Counted from the stretch's first letter, positions 34,228 through 44,448 are shown. The stretch is DNA of 54,364 bases from Enhygromyxa salina (GCF_002994635.1 NZ_PVNL01000139.1:146055-200418); one strand, 5' to 3'. Translations and numbers: made by a program. Notes: a model not told the origin generated them from the letters alone.

Positions 34228-34914
34228 ATGCCCTGGAAGGCCTTCGAATATCGCGGTGAGTCAGTCTGGGTTCGGGTGCTGGAGACCGGCAAGCCGATCG
34301 TGCGGCGCGGGCTCGTGGAGTTTCGCTACAAGCAGGGGGCGATCAAGTCGTACCGCACCCAGCGGGAGAACTTCGAGGAGGCCGGCGAGGGCACGGGCGA
34401 GATCCTCTCGGATGAGGCGTTCGGCGGACAGGCCACCACCCCTTCGACCAAGCTCCGCGAACAGCCGGCGGTCGCCGCCGACGAGCAGACGATCGTGATC
34501 CACACCGACGGCGCGTGCTCCGGCAACCCCGGCCCGGCGGGGATCGGCGTGCACATCGTGCGGCCCGACAAGATCAGCGAGATCAGCGAGTACATCGGCG
34601 AGGCGACCAACAACGTCGCCGAGCTGCGCGCGATCCTCCGCGCGATCGAGGAGCTCCACGAGGACGAGCGCGAGCGGACGATCCACCTCTATACCGACAG
34701 CGGCTGGTCGCTCGGGGTGCTGATCGGCGGCTGGAAGGCCAAGAAGAACGTCCCGCTGATCGACAAGATCAAGGCCAGGCTGCCCGAGTTCCCCAAGCTC
34801 GAGCTGCTCAAGGTGCGCGGCCACGCCGGGCAAGACGGCAACGAAGAGGCGGACGCGCTCGCCACCAAGGCGGTCAGGATCGAAGACTCGACCGTCCGCG
34901 AACGCCCGCGGTAG
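34228..34914 (+). CDS. rnhA: ribonuclease HI with about 75-aa N-terminal extension
   Basis: RNase H catalytic blocks IHTDGACSGNPGPAGIG, NNVAELRAIL, LYTDS, VRGHAGQDGNEEADALA. Confidence 0.8.
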   Translation: MPWKAFEYRGESVWVRVLETGKPIVRRGLVEFRYKQGAIKSYRTQRENFEEAGEGTGEILSDEAFGGQATTPSTKLREQPAVAADEQTIVIHTDGACSGNPGPAGIGVHIVRPDKISEISEYIGEATNNVAELRAILRAIEELHEDERERTIHLYTDSGWSLGVLIGGWKAKKNVPLIDKIKARLPEFPKLELLKVRGHAGQDGNEEADALATKAVRIEDSTVRERPR

Positions 34915-34968
34915 AGCTACCGCTACCGCTGTAAAAAGGTTCGCGCCCGTGCTACCTCCGGCCCCACC

Positions 34969-36069
34969 ATGGCGCTCTCTGTAGGCATCGTCGGCCTCCC
35001 CAACGTCGGCAAGTCCACGCTGTTCAACGCGCTGTCCGACGCGGGCGCGGAGGCAGCCAACTATGCGTTCTGCACGATCGAGCCCAACCACGGGATCGTG
35101 CTGGTCCCCGATCCTCGCCTCGACGCGCTGATCCGGGTGATCACGCCGAAGAGCACCGTCCCGACCACTGTCGAGTTCGTCGACATCGCGGGTCTGGTCG
35201 CGGGCGCGAGCAAGGGTGAAGGGCTGGGCAACCAGTTCCTGGCCCACATCCGCAGCGTCGACGCGATCGCCCACGTGGTCCGCTGCTTCGAAGACGACAA
35301 CATTCAGCACGTCGCCAACAAGGTCAATCCGATCGACGACGTCGAGACGATCGACACCGAGCTGATCTTGCGGGATCTGCAGTCGCTCGAGCGCCGGCTC
35401 GAGCGGGCTCGCAAGCAGAGCAAGAGCGGCGACAAGCAAGAGAAGCTGGCGTTCGAGCTGTGCCCGCGGGTGATCGCCGAGCTCAACGAAGGCAAGGCCG
35501 CGCGCGAGCTCGAGCTCACCCCCGACGAGGCGGCCGTGCTCGCCGAGCTGGATCTACTCACCGCCAAGCCGGTCTTCTATGTGGCCAACGTCGGCGAGGA
35601 TCAGCTCGCGGCCGGGCTCGACGATCCGCTCGTGAAGCGTCTGGTCGATCACGTCACGCCGAGCGGCGCCGAGGTCGTGGTCATCTCGGCCAACAACGAG
35701 GCGGAGATCGCCGCGCTCGAGCCGGACGAGCGCAAGGAGTTCCTGGCCGAGATCGGGTTGGAGGAGCCGGGGCTCAACAAGCTGATCCGCACCGCCTACT
35801 CGCTGCTGGACCTGATCACCTACTTCACCGCCGGCGAGAAAGAGTGCCGCGCGTGGACGATCAAGCGCGGGACCAAGGCGCCCCAGGCCGCGGGGGTGAT
35901 TCACACCGACTTCGAGCGGGGGTTCATTCGCGCCGAGGTCGTGGACTGGGAGACGCTGGTCGAGCTCAAGTCCGACGCGGCGGTCAAGGCCGTTGGGAAG
36001 ATGCGGGTCGAGGGCAAAGAGTATGTGGTCCGCGACGGCGACGTGATGCACTTCCGCTTCAACGTGTAG
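34969..36069 (+). CDS. ychF: ribosome-binding ATPase YchF (Obg-family GTPase)
   Basis: G1 [18 protein letters not shown]3 DIAGLV, typical YchF C-terminal TGS domain ...DVMHFRFNV. Confidence 0.95.
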   Translation: MALSVGIVGLPNVGKSTLFNALSDAGAEAANYAFCTIEPNHGIVLVPDPRLDALIRVITPKSTVPTTVEFVDIAGLVAGASKGEGLGNQFLAHIRSVDAIAHVVRCFEDDNIQHVANKVNPIDDVETIDTELILRDLQSLERRLERARKQSKSGDKQEKLAFELCPRVIAELNEGKAARELELTPDEAAVLAELDLLTAKPVFYVANVGEDQLAAGLDDPLVKRLVDHVTPSGAEVVVISANNEAEIAALEPDERKEFLAEIGLEEPGLNKLIRTAYSLLDLITYFTAGEKECRAWTIKRGTKAPQAAGVIHTDFERGFIRAEVVDWETLVELKSDAAVKAVGKMRVEGKEYVVRDGDVMHFRFNV

Positions 36070-36299
36070 CCAGATGAGCGCGTGGGGCCCAGCGGCCCTG
36101 CCATCACCCGCGGGTTCGCTCGGCCTGCGCTGCGTCGCGGTCGTCTTCTCGTCGCGTGCCTGCAGGTGCGACCTTGAAGATGTTCTGTGTCGAGATCGAC
36201 GCGCGCAGCCACGCTGGCAACGCCTTGACCTGTTCGGCGTTACGATCGAGCGTCTCTCGAAGGAGTTCGCGTGGAGTCTTCTCTGGCATTGGGTAACCC

Positions 36300-37154
36300 T
36301 TACTGCAGGACCTGGTCGAGGGTATCGCAGAGCAGTTGCTCCGCCAACAGGTGAGGATTTCCGAGCGCACGCGCACGTGGGCTCGCCCCCCCGGGGATCC
36401 ACTCCACCGCGTATCCCCGGCCATCCTTGCGTCGGCCAAAACTGAAGAAGTCGAGGTACCGCCGCGGGGCCACACCGGTGAATGCGCGGAAGGCGAGCTT
36501 GCGCTCGTCGCTTCCTCCCAGCGTGATGGCTTCTGGATAGAGATCAACCGCGAGACTCTTCGGGTATGGCTCGATGTACACGACCGCGGCGATCCCCGCG
36601 CCGATGATGTGTCGCGCGCAAACGTGGCAGGGGAAGGTCGTGCAGTAGAGCTGACGCTGGTCGACCTGGATCCCCCGGCGAGCCGCGTAGACGAGAGCGT
36701 TCATCTCCGCATGGACGACCCGACCGAACTCGATGAGGTTGCCGATCCGAGCATCGTTGAACAACTTCGTGCTCTGCGCCTGCTCAACGAGCGCCGCCGT
36801 GCCAAGTTGGGTCTTCTCTTCTGCAAGCCATCCTTCACCGTGAAGCACGTCAAATAGCTCTCGAAGGATCTCGCGACCAAAGATCGCATTTGGATCCGAG
36901 CCGCGCCTGAAGTCGCGTCCGTCCGAGACGTCGCCTTCCCAGTACACGCCACCGCGGGGTTTGGGGACTTCGTTGCACCCACAGGCTAAGACTTCACCTT
37001 CACCGTCAACAATCACGGCGCCGACCTGCCGCGACATGTCAGCGGAGCGCAACGCGACCGCCTGTGCCGAGAACATGGCGTACTCGTCCCGCGTCGGACT
37101 CATCTGTGGGTGGCCAAAGAGAAGCCGGATCAGGCGCTCGATCTGGTTGCGCAA
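36300..37154 (-). CDS. zinc-dependent dCMP/cytidine deaminase-family protein with about 100-aa C-terminal extension
   Basis: Canonical N-terminus TRDEYAMF...RQVGAVIV, zinc motifs HAEMNAL and PCHVCARHII; ORF starts with TTG 2 nt after the stop of the upstream ORF, the first ATG (37103) has no SD. Confidence 0.8.
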   Translation of the reverse strand: MRNQIERLIRLLFGHPQMSPTRDEYAMFSAQAVALRSADMSRQVGAVIVDGEGEVLACGCNEVPKPRGGVYWEGDVSDGRDFRRGSDPNAIFGREILRELFDVLHGEGWLAEEKTQLGTAALVEQAQSTKLFNDARIGNLIEFGRVVHAEMNALVYAARRGIQVDQRQLYCTTFPCHVCARHIIGAGIAAVVYIEPYPKSLAVDLYPEAITLGGSDERKLAFRAFTGVAPRRYLDFFSFGRRKDGRGYAVEWIPGGASPRARALGNPHLLAEQLLCDTLDQVLQ

Positions 37155-37155
37155 A

Positions 37156-37737
37156 TTAACACCGGCATCGAGGAAAAAGTCGGCGAGCGGAAACGCCTTG
37201 CGGACGCTCTGTCCAAAACCTGGAGTGCCCCGCCCTTCCTGGTCGGCTCAAGTGCCGCTCACGCTTCTCCTCCACTTCGTAGACCGCAATCACAACCAGA
37301 GAGGTCCCATAGACGTCTCGCAAGAGCTCAACCTCCTTCGGATGTTTTAGCGACCGGAACAAGAATGCGGTCGCGGGTTGGGCCTCATCGCCGCCTCGGA
37401 TCCGTCGGATCTCGGCAACGGCCAGCGCTGCCAACGCCCCCGCATGACCAAACGTCTCGCGGACCTCGTCGCCAGCGTCCATGTAGGCCTCGATTCGTTC
37501 ATCCTCCGTACCGCTGAAGTCGTGTAGGTGCTCGTGGCCTGGCAGCCCTGCGATCAGCCGGCTGAGTCGTATCGGCTCGCGGAGCTCGTAGTCCACGATT
37601 CCCAGCTCGGCGTCGAGCGCATCCGTGACCCTGTCGAGATCCGTCCCGGTGGGTCCAACCAACGCAAAGAACAGCTCCGGCTGGTCCAAGGGCGACGGCG
37701 GAGTGAATTTGGACATGTTCGTATCAGACAAGATCAC
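37156..37737 (-). CDS. hypothetical protein (193 aa) immediately upstream of, and possibly once fused to, the deaminase
   Basis: High GC3; degenerate P-loop-like LVGPTGTD (no Lys); TAA stop at 37158-37156 abuts the deaminase frame. Confidence 0.5.
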   Translation of the reverse strand: MILSDTNMSKFTPPSPLDQPELFFALVGPTGTDLDRVTDALDAELGIVDYELREPIRLSRLIAGLPGHEHLHDFSGTEDERIEAYMDAGDEVRETFGHAGALAALAVAEIRRIRGGDEAQPATAFLFRSLKHPKEVELLRDVYGTSLVVIAVYEVEEKRERHLSRPGRAGHSRFWTERPQGVSARRLFPRCRC

Positions 37738-37752
37738 TCCACAGCTACTCGA

Positions 37753-38889
37753 TCACTCACGCTCGTCGACGAAGCGATCCTTCAACCCAGCCGACACATA
37801 CAGCGCATCATCAGGCCCAATGATCACAGCCTCCAGCCCAGCGTGGGCCTCGACGAACGCGAGCCCCTGGGCCGGCTCCATCACGCTGACGGCCGTACAA
37901 TAGGCGTCTGCGTCGGTCGCGTTGCTGGCGACCAGGGTCACGCTCTTGGGGCTGCGATCCGTGGGGATCGGCCAGCCCGTGCGCGGGTCGAGGATGTGGG
38001 TGTAGTGCACGCCCTCCCACTCGAAGAAGCGGGCATAGTTGCCCGAGGTGACGACGGCCTCGTCTTTGGCGCTGATGTGGCCAATGCGACCCGCGACTTG
38101 CCTGGGATCCTGAACACCGACGCGCCAGGGCTTGTCACCCTTTTGGCCGCTGACCTGGGTGTCGCCGCCTGCCTCGACGATATGGTTGGCGAACCCACGC
38201 GCTAGCAACACGGCCGAGGCACGGTCGACCGCGTAGCCCTTGGCGATCGCTCCCAGCCCAACCTTCATGCCCGGCTTACCGAGCCGCACGGTGCCGGCGT
38301 TCGGGTCGAGCTCGATCGATCGCCAGTCGACGCTCGGGAGACGCTCGGCGATCCGATCCTTGCTGGGCGGCTCGGCCCCCGGCTCGAACCGCCACAGCTG
38401 GCCGACGCTGTAGAAGCTGACGTCGAACAGGCCCTCGGTCTGGGCCGAGACGGCGGCCGCCCGGGCGAGGATCTCGATCAACTCGGGGGCGACGGTGACC
38501 GGGGCGCCGCCGGCCTCGTTGACGCGGGTCAGATCGCTGGTCGCCCGCCACTCCGAGGCGATGTCCTCGATCCTGGCCATCTCGTGGATCGCGTCGGTCA
38601 TGGCCTCGCTGGCCGCGAGCGCGTCGCCGCCAGGGCCAACCCACAAGTTGATCGAGACCCGCGTGCCCATGAGCTCGGTCTCGGCGAAGATCGTGCCGTC
38701 TTCGCGGATCAAGGACGCGGCCTCGGCTGCGGTCTTGGCCGATTGTTGGGCCTGATCTTCGGCGGCGACTTCCCCAGCTACGGCGGGCTTGTCGGCGGCA
38801 TTGGTGCGAGCCGCCGGGTCGGCGTCGCGCGAGCACGCACCGACCACGACGAGCAGCGCGGCGCCGACCAAGCTCGCGGGCCGCATCAC
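37753..38889 (-). CDS. apbE: FAD:protein FMN transferase (ApbE family) lipoprotein
   Basis: Lipobox LLVVVGAC; ApbE signature AIAKGYAVD and ...SGNYARFFEWEGVHYTHILDPRTGWP. Confidence 0.8.
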   Translation of the reverse strand: MMRPASLVGAALLVVVGACSRDADPAARTNAADKPAVAGEVAAEDQAQQSAKTAAEAASLIREDGTIFAETELMGTRVSINLWVGPGGDALAASEAMTDAIHEMARIEDIASEWRATSDLTRVNEAGGAPVTVAPELIEILARAAAVSAQTEGLFDVSFYSVGQLWRFEPGAEPPSKDRIAERLPSVDWRSIELDPNAGTVRLGKPGMKVGLGAIAKGYAVDRASAVLLARGFANHIVEAGGDTQVSGQKGDKPWRVGVQDPRQVAGRIGHISAKDEAVVTSGNYARFFEWEGVHYTHILDPRTGWPIPTDRSPKSVTLVASNATDADAYCTAVSVMEPAQGLAFVEAHAGLEAVIIGPDDALYVSAGLKDRFVDERE

Positions 38890-40982
38890 TTCTTTTTCCG
38901 GCCAGGAGGCGGCGGCGGGATCGGCCGTGAGCCCGAGCGGCCCGCGGCGGGATCCGGCGAGATGTTTCCGAAGCTGTCGGCGAAGTCGTCGTCTTCATCG
39001 AGCTCGCCCGCGATCAGCGAGCTCTCAATCTCGTCGAGCTCCTCGAACTCGTCCTCGACCTCGTCTTCCATGCTCGCAAACGGGTCGTCCTCGCCGGGCT
39101 GGGTCACGCGGGGCTGCGGTGTTGTCGACACGGCCGGCGGCGTCGCGGTTGCTGGCGGGGGTCCAACCGGTGGGCGCGGGATCGGCTTGACCCCGGACTG
39201 GGTGTCGCCGCGCTTGCCGAGCCTGGCCAGCAGCGCCTTGGTGTCCGTGGGTGTGCGGCGCGACTCGCCGGGCGCCGCGACGTCGGACCGAGTGCCCGGC
39301 GGGGCGGCTGCCGAGGCGGCTGGCGGCGCTGGGATCGGCGGCAGCGGCGTGGACCCGGAGCCGGTCCGGCGGGGCAGCCGGCTCGCGAGGCTACCGCCGG
39401 GCTGGCGCGGTGGCAGCTTGTCGCCGAGCTTGGGCGCGGGCGGCAGCTTGCCCGGGATTGGACCGGTCCCGCTGTCGCCGGGGTTGCGCCCGGGTAGCCG
39501 GCTCGCGAGCGGCACCCGACCGGTGCCTGACGGCTTGGCCACCGATGGCGCCGCCGGAACTGGACCCGAGCCCTTGGCGGCGGGGATCGGCGCGACGCCG
39601 CTCTCGCCGGGCTTGCGCGGGAGCCGGCCCGGCAGCGGAGAGTGCTCGACGCCGCCCAGCGTCGCGGCCCGGCCGGAGGCCTGGTGCTTGCGGGGCTGCA
39701 CGGCGGCCTCGACTTCGGCGTCGGCAGCCGCGATCTCGGCGGCGGCGGCCTCTTCGGCGTCGAGCTCCTCGAGCAGACCGGCGAACATGTCGTCGCTGTC
39801 ACCGCTGAGCGCGACGTCCTCGATCGCGGGCAGCTCGTTGACGCCGCTGAGCTCGATCGCCGAGAAGCCTGCGCCCGCGTCCGCGAACCCGACCTCGTTG
39901 AGGGATGCAGCGAGCGCGGCGCTGTCACCGGCGTCGACCGAGTCCTCACCCGCGTCGTCAGTCAGGGCATCGATCGCGGCCTCGGCCTCGTCGAGATCGA
40001 TGTCGAGGTCGAACTCGAAGTCGTCCTCGGCGGACGCGTCGGCCTCGGCCTCGCCGCCCAGGCCGCCCCAGAGCTTGGCCAGGGTCGGGTAACGGCGCCA
40101 GTAGCTGGTCGAGAACTCGTCTGCGGGGCCGCCTGGCACGCGCACGCGGACCAGCCCGGCGACGACGTTCACGGCCAGCACGTGGCCAGCGTAGTAGGTG
40201 TCGATCGCCTCTTTGAACCGCCAAAACAGCGCCTGCGGCTTCTCGGCCCGGCCGATGATCGCCTTCCACAGGCGCAGCGGCCCGTGCTCGATGACCGGCG
40301 CGAACAGGAACTCGCGACCGCTGCGGAACAGCAGCTCGAAGTGCTCGTGCTCGACGACGACGTCTCGCTCGGTCAAGCCAATGCTCTCGAGCCCCGCGAC
40401 CAGCTGCGAGGGCGAGGGTCGGCGGCGTCGCAGCATCTGCAAGGTCGCGACCTCGCGCCGCATGTCCTCGTCGCGCAGGACCTCCTCGAACATGTCCTCG
40501 ACCTCGCGCCAGGTGCCCGCGAGCGGGAGCGTGGCCAGCACCTGCCCGCCCGGCTTGGTCACTCGGACCAGCTCGGCGAGCGCGGGCAGCCACTCGACGA
40601 CCTGCTCGCCCAGCACCAGGTTGGCGATCGCGAGATCGTAGGTGTCGTCGTTCATGTCGGTGACGTCGTCGATGTCACCGGACTTGAAGTAGACGCGGCG
40701 CTTCCACTCGGGCCGCACGCGGGTCTTGGACACCTGCATCAGCCACGGGTCACGGCCGAGCGCGACGATCCGCGAGCTCTCGTCGAGGCGCTGCAGCAGC
40801 TCGGCGGTGGTGTGGCCCGCGCCGCTGTGGATGTCGAGCGCGAAGGTCTCCGGGGCGCTGGGCAGCTCGCGCATCAGCAGACGCGCGAACCGATCGTGCC
40901 AGATCGGCGCGACCTCCCGGTCGATCACGCGCGCCAGCTTTTGCTCGCGCACGCTGGAGGCTGTGCTCCTCTGGGTGTTCAC
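38886..40982 (-). CDS. class I SAM-dependent methyltransferase with about 400-aa repetitive Pro/Ala-rich acidic C-terminal tail
   Basis: N-terminal Rossmann MTase motifs (DIHSGAGHTT, YDLAIANLVL, VTKPGGQVLAT); tail has about 3 imperfect repeats SRLPxRxPGxSG..PIP and ends in GRKKK; 4-nt overlap with apbE. Confidence 0.7.
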   Translation of the reverse strand: MNTQRSTASSVREQKLARVIDREVAPIWHDRFARLLMRELPSAPETFALDIHSGAGHTTAELLQRLDESSRIVALGRDPWLMQVSKTRVRPEWKRRVYFKSGDIDDVTDMNDDTYDLAIANLVLGEQVVEWLPALAELVRVTKPGGQVLATLPLAGTWREVEDMFEEVLRDEDMRREVATLQMLRRRRPSPSQLVAGLESIGLTERDVVVEHEHFELLFRSGREFLFAPVIEHGPLRLWKAIIGRAEKPQALFWRFKEAIDTYYAGHVLAVNVVAGLVRVRVPGGPADEFSTSYWRRYPTLAKLWGGLGGEAEADASAEDDFEFDLDIDLDEAEAAIDALTDDAGEDSVDAGDSAALAASLNEVGFADAGAGFSAIELSGVNELPAIEDVALSGDSDDMFAGLLEELDAEEAAAAEIAAADAEVEAAVQPRKHQASGRAATLGGVEHSPLPGRLPRKPGESGVAPIPAAKGSGPVPAAPSVAKPSGTGRVPLASRLPGRNPGDSGTGPIPGKLPPAPKLGDKLPPRQPGGSLASRLPRRTGSGSTPLPPIPAPPAASAAAPPGTRSDVAAPGESRRTPTDTKALLARLGKRGDTQSGVKPIPRPPVGPPPATATPPAVSTTPQPRVTQPGEDDPFASMEDEVEDEFEELDEIESSLIAGELDEDDDFADSFGNISPDPAAGRSGSRPIPPPPPGRKKK

Positions 40983-41006
40983 TGGAGAGGGATCAGCCCG
41001 TCGGGG

Positions 41007-42239
41007 TCATGGGTTGCCGAGCACGGGGTACCCGACCACGTCGAAGTGGTACTGGGTCTGCGCGTTCTGGTCGAAGTTGGGGTCGTCAGTGTCGCAGACG
41101 GCCCCGTCGTTGGAGGTGCAGTAGCTCATCTCGAACGAGGCGACGAACGGCCGAGTCGCGAAGCCGGCGCTGGGCGTGGGGCCGGTCGCGGTCAGGCCGT
41201 GGGCCATGCCGGTCATGCTGAGCATGCCGTTGAGCACGAACGGCTCGTCGAAGGGCGAGCAGGTCACGTTGAACCGGAACCCAAAGCTGCTGCACAGCGA
41301 GGGGTCGTTGACGCAGGCCGGATCGTCGATCTTCCACTCGTAGCTGCCGTTGCCGAAGCCCAGCGGCATGCTGGGATCGAACTCGAGCAAGCCCGGCTTG
41401 AGGTCGGACTCGTCGACGTTGTTGGCGGTGACCGTGATGTCGTGGAAGGTGGTGACGTCGTTGCTGGCGCAGAACGGCACGCGGGTCTTGAGCCCGCTCT
41501 GCACGATCTCGACCATCCACACCCAGGTCCCGCGGCGGTTGCCCGTGATGTCGCCCGAGTGCGTGCAGCTCGACTCGTTGAAGCTGATGCCGGGCGGCGG
41601 GCGGCCGTTGCCGTCGCCGAGCGGACACGGCAGGTCGCTGATGTTGAGCGCGCTGCAGCTGATGTCGGACTCGTCACCGCCACCGAGGAACTCGATCATC
41701 TCCGCCTTGGAGGCCGTGTGCGGGATGCAGTGCAGCGGCTCGGTGCGCACCATGTTGGCGTTGAGCCGCTCGTTGACCAGCAGCGGACCGCAGCTGGCGT
41801 CGAACGACTGGCCCTTGCCCTCGTCGAACACGGTGATCGTGATGTCTTGGTACTCGAAATTGCCGGGCTCTTCGGGGACGCCCGTGATCTCACCGGTGTT
41901 CGGGTCGATGCTCAGGCCCGGCGGCAGGTTGCTGGCCATCCAGTTGCTGTAGTTGCCGCTGCCGCCGCCGACTGGCGGCGTGAAGCTGTACTCGGCTCCG
42001 ACCGCGCCGTCTGGGAACATCTCGCAGTCGATCCCCACGGCGGTGCCGCCCGGATCCGGGACCAGACAGATGCCAGTGTCGGGGTCGATCTCGAAGCAGT
42101 CGGGCGCGAGCTCGTCGCGGCTGCAGCCGATCGTGGTCAGCAGCGCCAGCGCGGGCACGCTGAGCCCGACGGTTCGCACGATGCCGCGCAAACTCCCCGG
42201 GCGTGGACGATAATTCTTGGGCTCGAGCATGTAGAACAA
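41007..42239 (-). CDS. Cys-rich secreted lipoprotein with putative Ig-like (He_PIG-type) domain
   Basis: Signal and lipobox ...ALALLTTIGC; YSFTPPVGGGSGNYSNW...LPPGLSIDPNTGEITG resembles putative-Ig-domain repeats; many Cys. Confidence 0.55.
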   Translation of the reverse strand: MFYMLEPKNYRPRPGSLRGIVRTVGLSVPALALLTTIGCSRDELAPDCFEIDPDTGICLVPDPGGTAVGIDCEMFPDGAVGAEYSFTPPVGGGSGNYSNWMASNLPPGLSIDPNTGEITGVPEEPGNFEYQDITITVFDEGKGQSFDASCGPLLVNERLNANMVRTEPLHCIPHTASKAEMIEFLGGGDESDISCSALNISDLPCPLGDGNGRPPPGISFNESSCTHSGDITGNRRGTWVWMVEIVQSGLKTRVPFCASNDVTTFHDITVTANNVDESDLKPGLLEFDPSMPLGFGNGSYEWKIDDPACVNDPSLCSSFGFRFNVTCSPFDEPFVLNGMLSMTGMAHGLTATGPTPSAGFATRPFVASFEMSYCTSNDGAVCDTDDPNFDQNAQTQYHFDVVGYPVLGNP

Positions 42240-42275
42240 TCTCCGCGGACCGGCGGCAGCATATCATGGCCGCTC

Positions 42276-43748
42276 GTGGACGCGCCAGATTCGCAGTCGC
42301 CCGCGGGGACCTCCCGCGATTGGGTGTTCTGGTCGCTGCTCGCAGCTGCCGTGATCAGCCGGCTGGTGTGGGTGGTGTGGGTCCACCCCCCGCGCGACCA
42401 CGTGTTCAGCGACATGGCCCACTACGTCCACCGGGCGCGGCTGGTCGCCAGCTTCGAGGTCCACGCGGGCATGCGCGAGATGGTGTGGCAGGCCTGGGGC
42501 ACGCATGCGCTGTTGGCGATCCCGATGCTGCTCATGGGTCCCGGCGAGTCTGCGCTCGAGTTCGCCGGTCTGGTCTGGGCCGGGTGCTCGGCGGCGACGG
42601 TGGTGCTCGGCTACCAGCTGGGCCTGCGGACGCTCGGTGGCGCGGGCAAGCCGAGTTCGCGCAACACTCGGTGGCTGGCGGCGGGGCTGGGCCTGGTGCT
42701 GCTCGTGTGGATCCCGCTGCTCTCGCACACCGGGTTCTTCATCAGCGAGACGCCGTACACCTGCGTGCTGCTGGCGATGACGCTGGCGATCGTGCGGCTG
42801 ATCCAGGACGGTCGCGGGGCGCTCGGGGCCGGGATCTGGGCTGCGCTGGCGTTCGTCCTGCGGCCGCAGTCGGCGGTGTTCTTGCTGATGCTCGGGGCGG
42901 TGTGGCTGCTCGATCGCCGCCACCATGACGCGCACGGGATCCGCGGCACGTGGTCGCGGCGGGTCGACGGGCGCGCGGCGTTGCTGTTCTCGCTGCCGCT
43001 CGCGCTCGCGCTGGCGATCTCGGTGGTGCGAGTTCGCGTGTACACCGGCTCGTTCGGGGCGATGGCCGAGAACGGCAGCATGAACCTCACGGCCGGGCGC
43101 TGCCACAACATCGTCACGCGCTCGTATCCGAGCCAGGCCGCGCTCGAGTCAGCGCGACAGACCGGCAGCCCTGTCGCTGATCGGCGGATCAGCCTGCCAG
43201 GGTTTCGGGCGCTGGGGCGCGAGGGACCCGACCACCCGCTCGCGCTGCGCCCGGCGCTGGGCGGCGAGAGCATCGATCTGGTCGGCTATATCGGCGACGC
43301 CGCGGTCCATCGCGAGATCCGCCAGCGCTGCTACGCCGCGACGGGCATCGCCGGGCAGCTGCGCTACGCGATCACCAACACGGCGCTGCTGTGGGTCGTG
43401 GCCCGGCCGTGGCCCGAGAGCTCGGACAGGTGGGCGCCGGAGCTGTTGCCGCTGGCGGTCCGCGGTCGTGATCTCGCGGCCCTGCTCGCCCCGCTGTGCG
43501 TGGCCGGAATGATCTTCGCGCTGCTCGGCTGGGGCCTGGCGAGGCCGGCCCGACCGTCCGCCCAACACGAGCGCCAGGCCTGTCTGGGCGTGTGCGCGCT
43601 GCAGTTGCTGTCAATCCTGGTGATCTCGGCCGTGTTCTTCGGCACTCCGCGCCTCCGGGTGCCCTACGATCCCTTCGCTCTATTATTGGCGCTCGCGCTG
43701 GTCTCGTGGGCGACAACACGGCTCGCGCATCGCCTGCGCCAAGATTGA
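42276..43748 (+). CDS. polytopic membrane protein, possibly GT-C fold glycosyltransferase (ArnT/PMT-like)
   Basis: 3' third of the spurious 1368-aa ORF 39642..43748; GTG at 42276 precedes first TM WVFWSLLAAAVISRLVWVVWV; about 10 predicted TM helices with loop motifs; the function call is an inference. Confidence 0.45.
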   Translation: MDAPDSQSPAGTSRDWVFWSLLAAAVISRLVWVVWVHPPRDHVFSDMAHYVHRARLVASFEVHAGMREMVWQAWGTHALLAIPMLLMGPGESALEFAGLVWAGCSAATVVLGYQLGLRTLGGAGKPSSRNTRWLAAGLGLVLLVWIPLLSHTGFFISETPYTCVLLAMTLAIVRLIQDGRGALGAGIWAALAFVLRPQSAVFLLMLGAVWLLDRRHHDAHGIRGTWSRRVDGRAALLFSLPLALALAISVVRVRVYTGSFGAMAENGSMNLTAGRCHNIVTRSYPSQAALESARQTGSPVADRRISLPGFRALGREGPDHPLALRPALGGESIDLVGYIGDAAVHREIRQRCYAATGIAGQLRYAITNTALLWVVARPWPESSDRWAPELLPLAVRGRDLAALLAPLCVAGMIFALLGWGLARPARPSAQHERQACLGVCALQLLSILVISAVFFGTPRLRVPYDPFALLLALALVSWATTRLAHRLRQD

Positions 43749-43803
43749 CAGGCCCCCCAAGCCCGCCCGATGGTCCGCCCAACCAGTTTGGGATCCGTTC
43801 CGC

Positions 43804-44448
43804 ATGTCCGCCGCCCGTCAGCACACCTTCGCGCGCCTGCGCATCGACCCCGACCGACCTGATCCGCGCAAGCTGATCCCAGCCGTCGACGCGCTGCGCC
43901 GCGGTGAGGTCATCATCTATCCAACGGACACCGGCTACGCGTTCGGCTGCGCGCTGTCGAGCAGCAAGGGGATCGCCGAGCTGCGCCAGCTCAAGGGCAT
44001 CCACGCCAAGCATCAAAAACCCCTGACGATGCTGGTCGAGAACCTCAACGACATGGGCCGCTACGGGGTCATGAGCAACACGGCCTTTCGCGTGGTTCGC
44101 CGACTGCTGCCGGGGCCCTACACGATCGTGCTCAAGGCCACCTCGGACGTGCCGCGGGCCATGAAGAACCGGGCCCAGGAGGTCGGCATGCGGCTGCCGG
44201 ATCACAAGGTCAGCACGATGTTGGTCGAGCACCTAGGTGAGCCGCTGCTGACTGGATCGGTGACCCCGGGCGAGGACGCGCCCGAGCTCGAGGATCCACA
44301 GGAGCTCGAGAGTCGCTACTCGCGGGAGATCGCCTTGATGATCGACGCGGGCCACATCTGGCCCGAGCCCTCGACGGTGCTGCGCTTCGACGAGTCCGGC
44401 GACATCGAGGTCCTGCGCGCAGGACAGGGGCCGCTACCGGACTGGTAG
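43804..44448 (+). CDS. tsaC: L-threonylcarbamoyladenylate synthase (YrdC/TsaC family)
   Basis: YrdC motifs VIIYPTDTGYAFGC, KGIHAKHQKPLTMLV, MRLPDH. Confidence 0.85.
   Translation: MSAARQHTFARLRIDPDRPDPRKLIPAVDALRRGEVIIYPTDTGYAFGCALSSSKGIAELRQLKGIHAKHQKPLTMLVENLNDMGRYGVMSNTAFRVVRRLLPGPYTIVLKATSDVPRAMKNRAQEVGMRLPDHKVSTMLVEHLGEPLLTGSVTPGEDAPELEDPQELESRYSREIALMIDAGHIWPEPSTVLRFDESGDIEVLRAGQGPLPDW

Noticed and set aside
39642-43748. 1368-aa plus-strand ORF
   Set aside because: The first two-thirds are antisense to the methyltransferase and lipoprotein genes (high-GC read-through with no stop codons); only the last about 490 codons (from about 42276) form a coherent membrane protein
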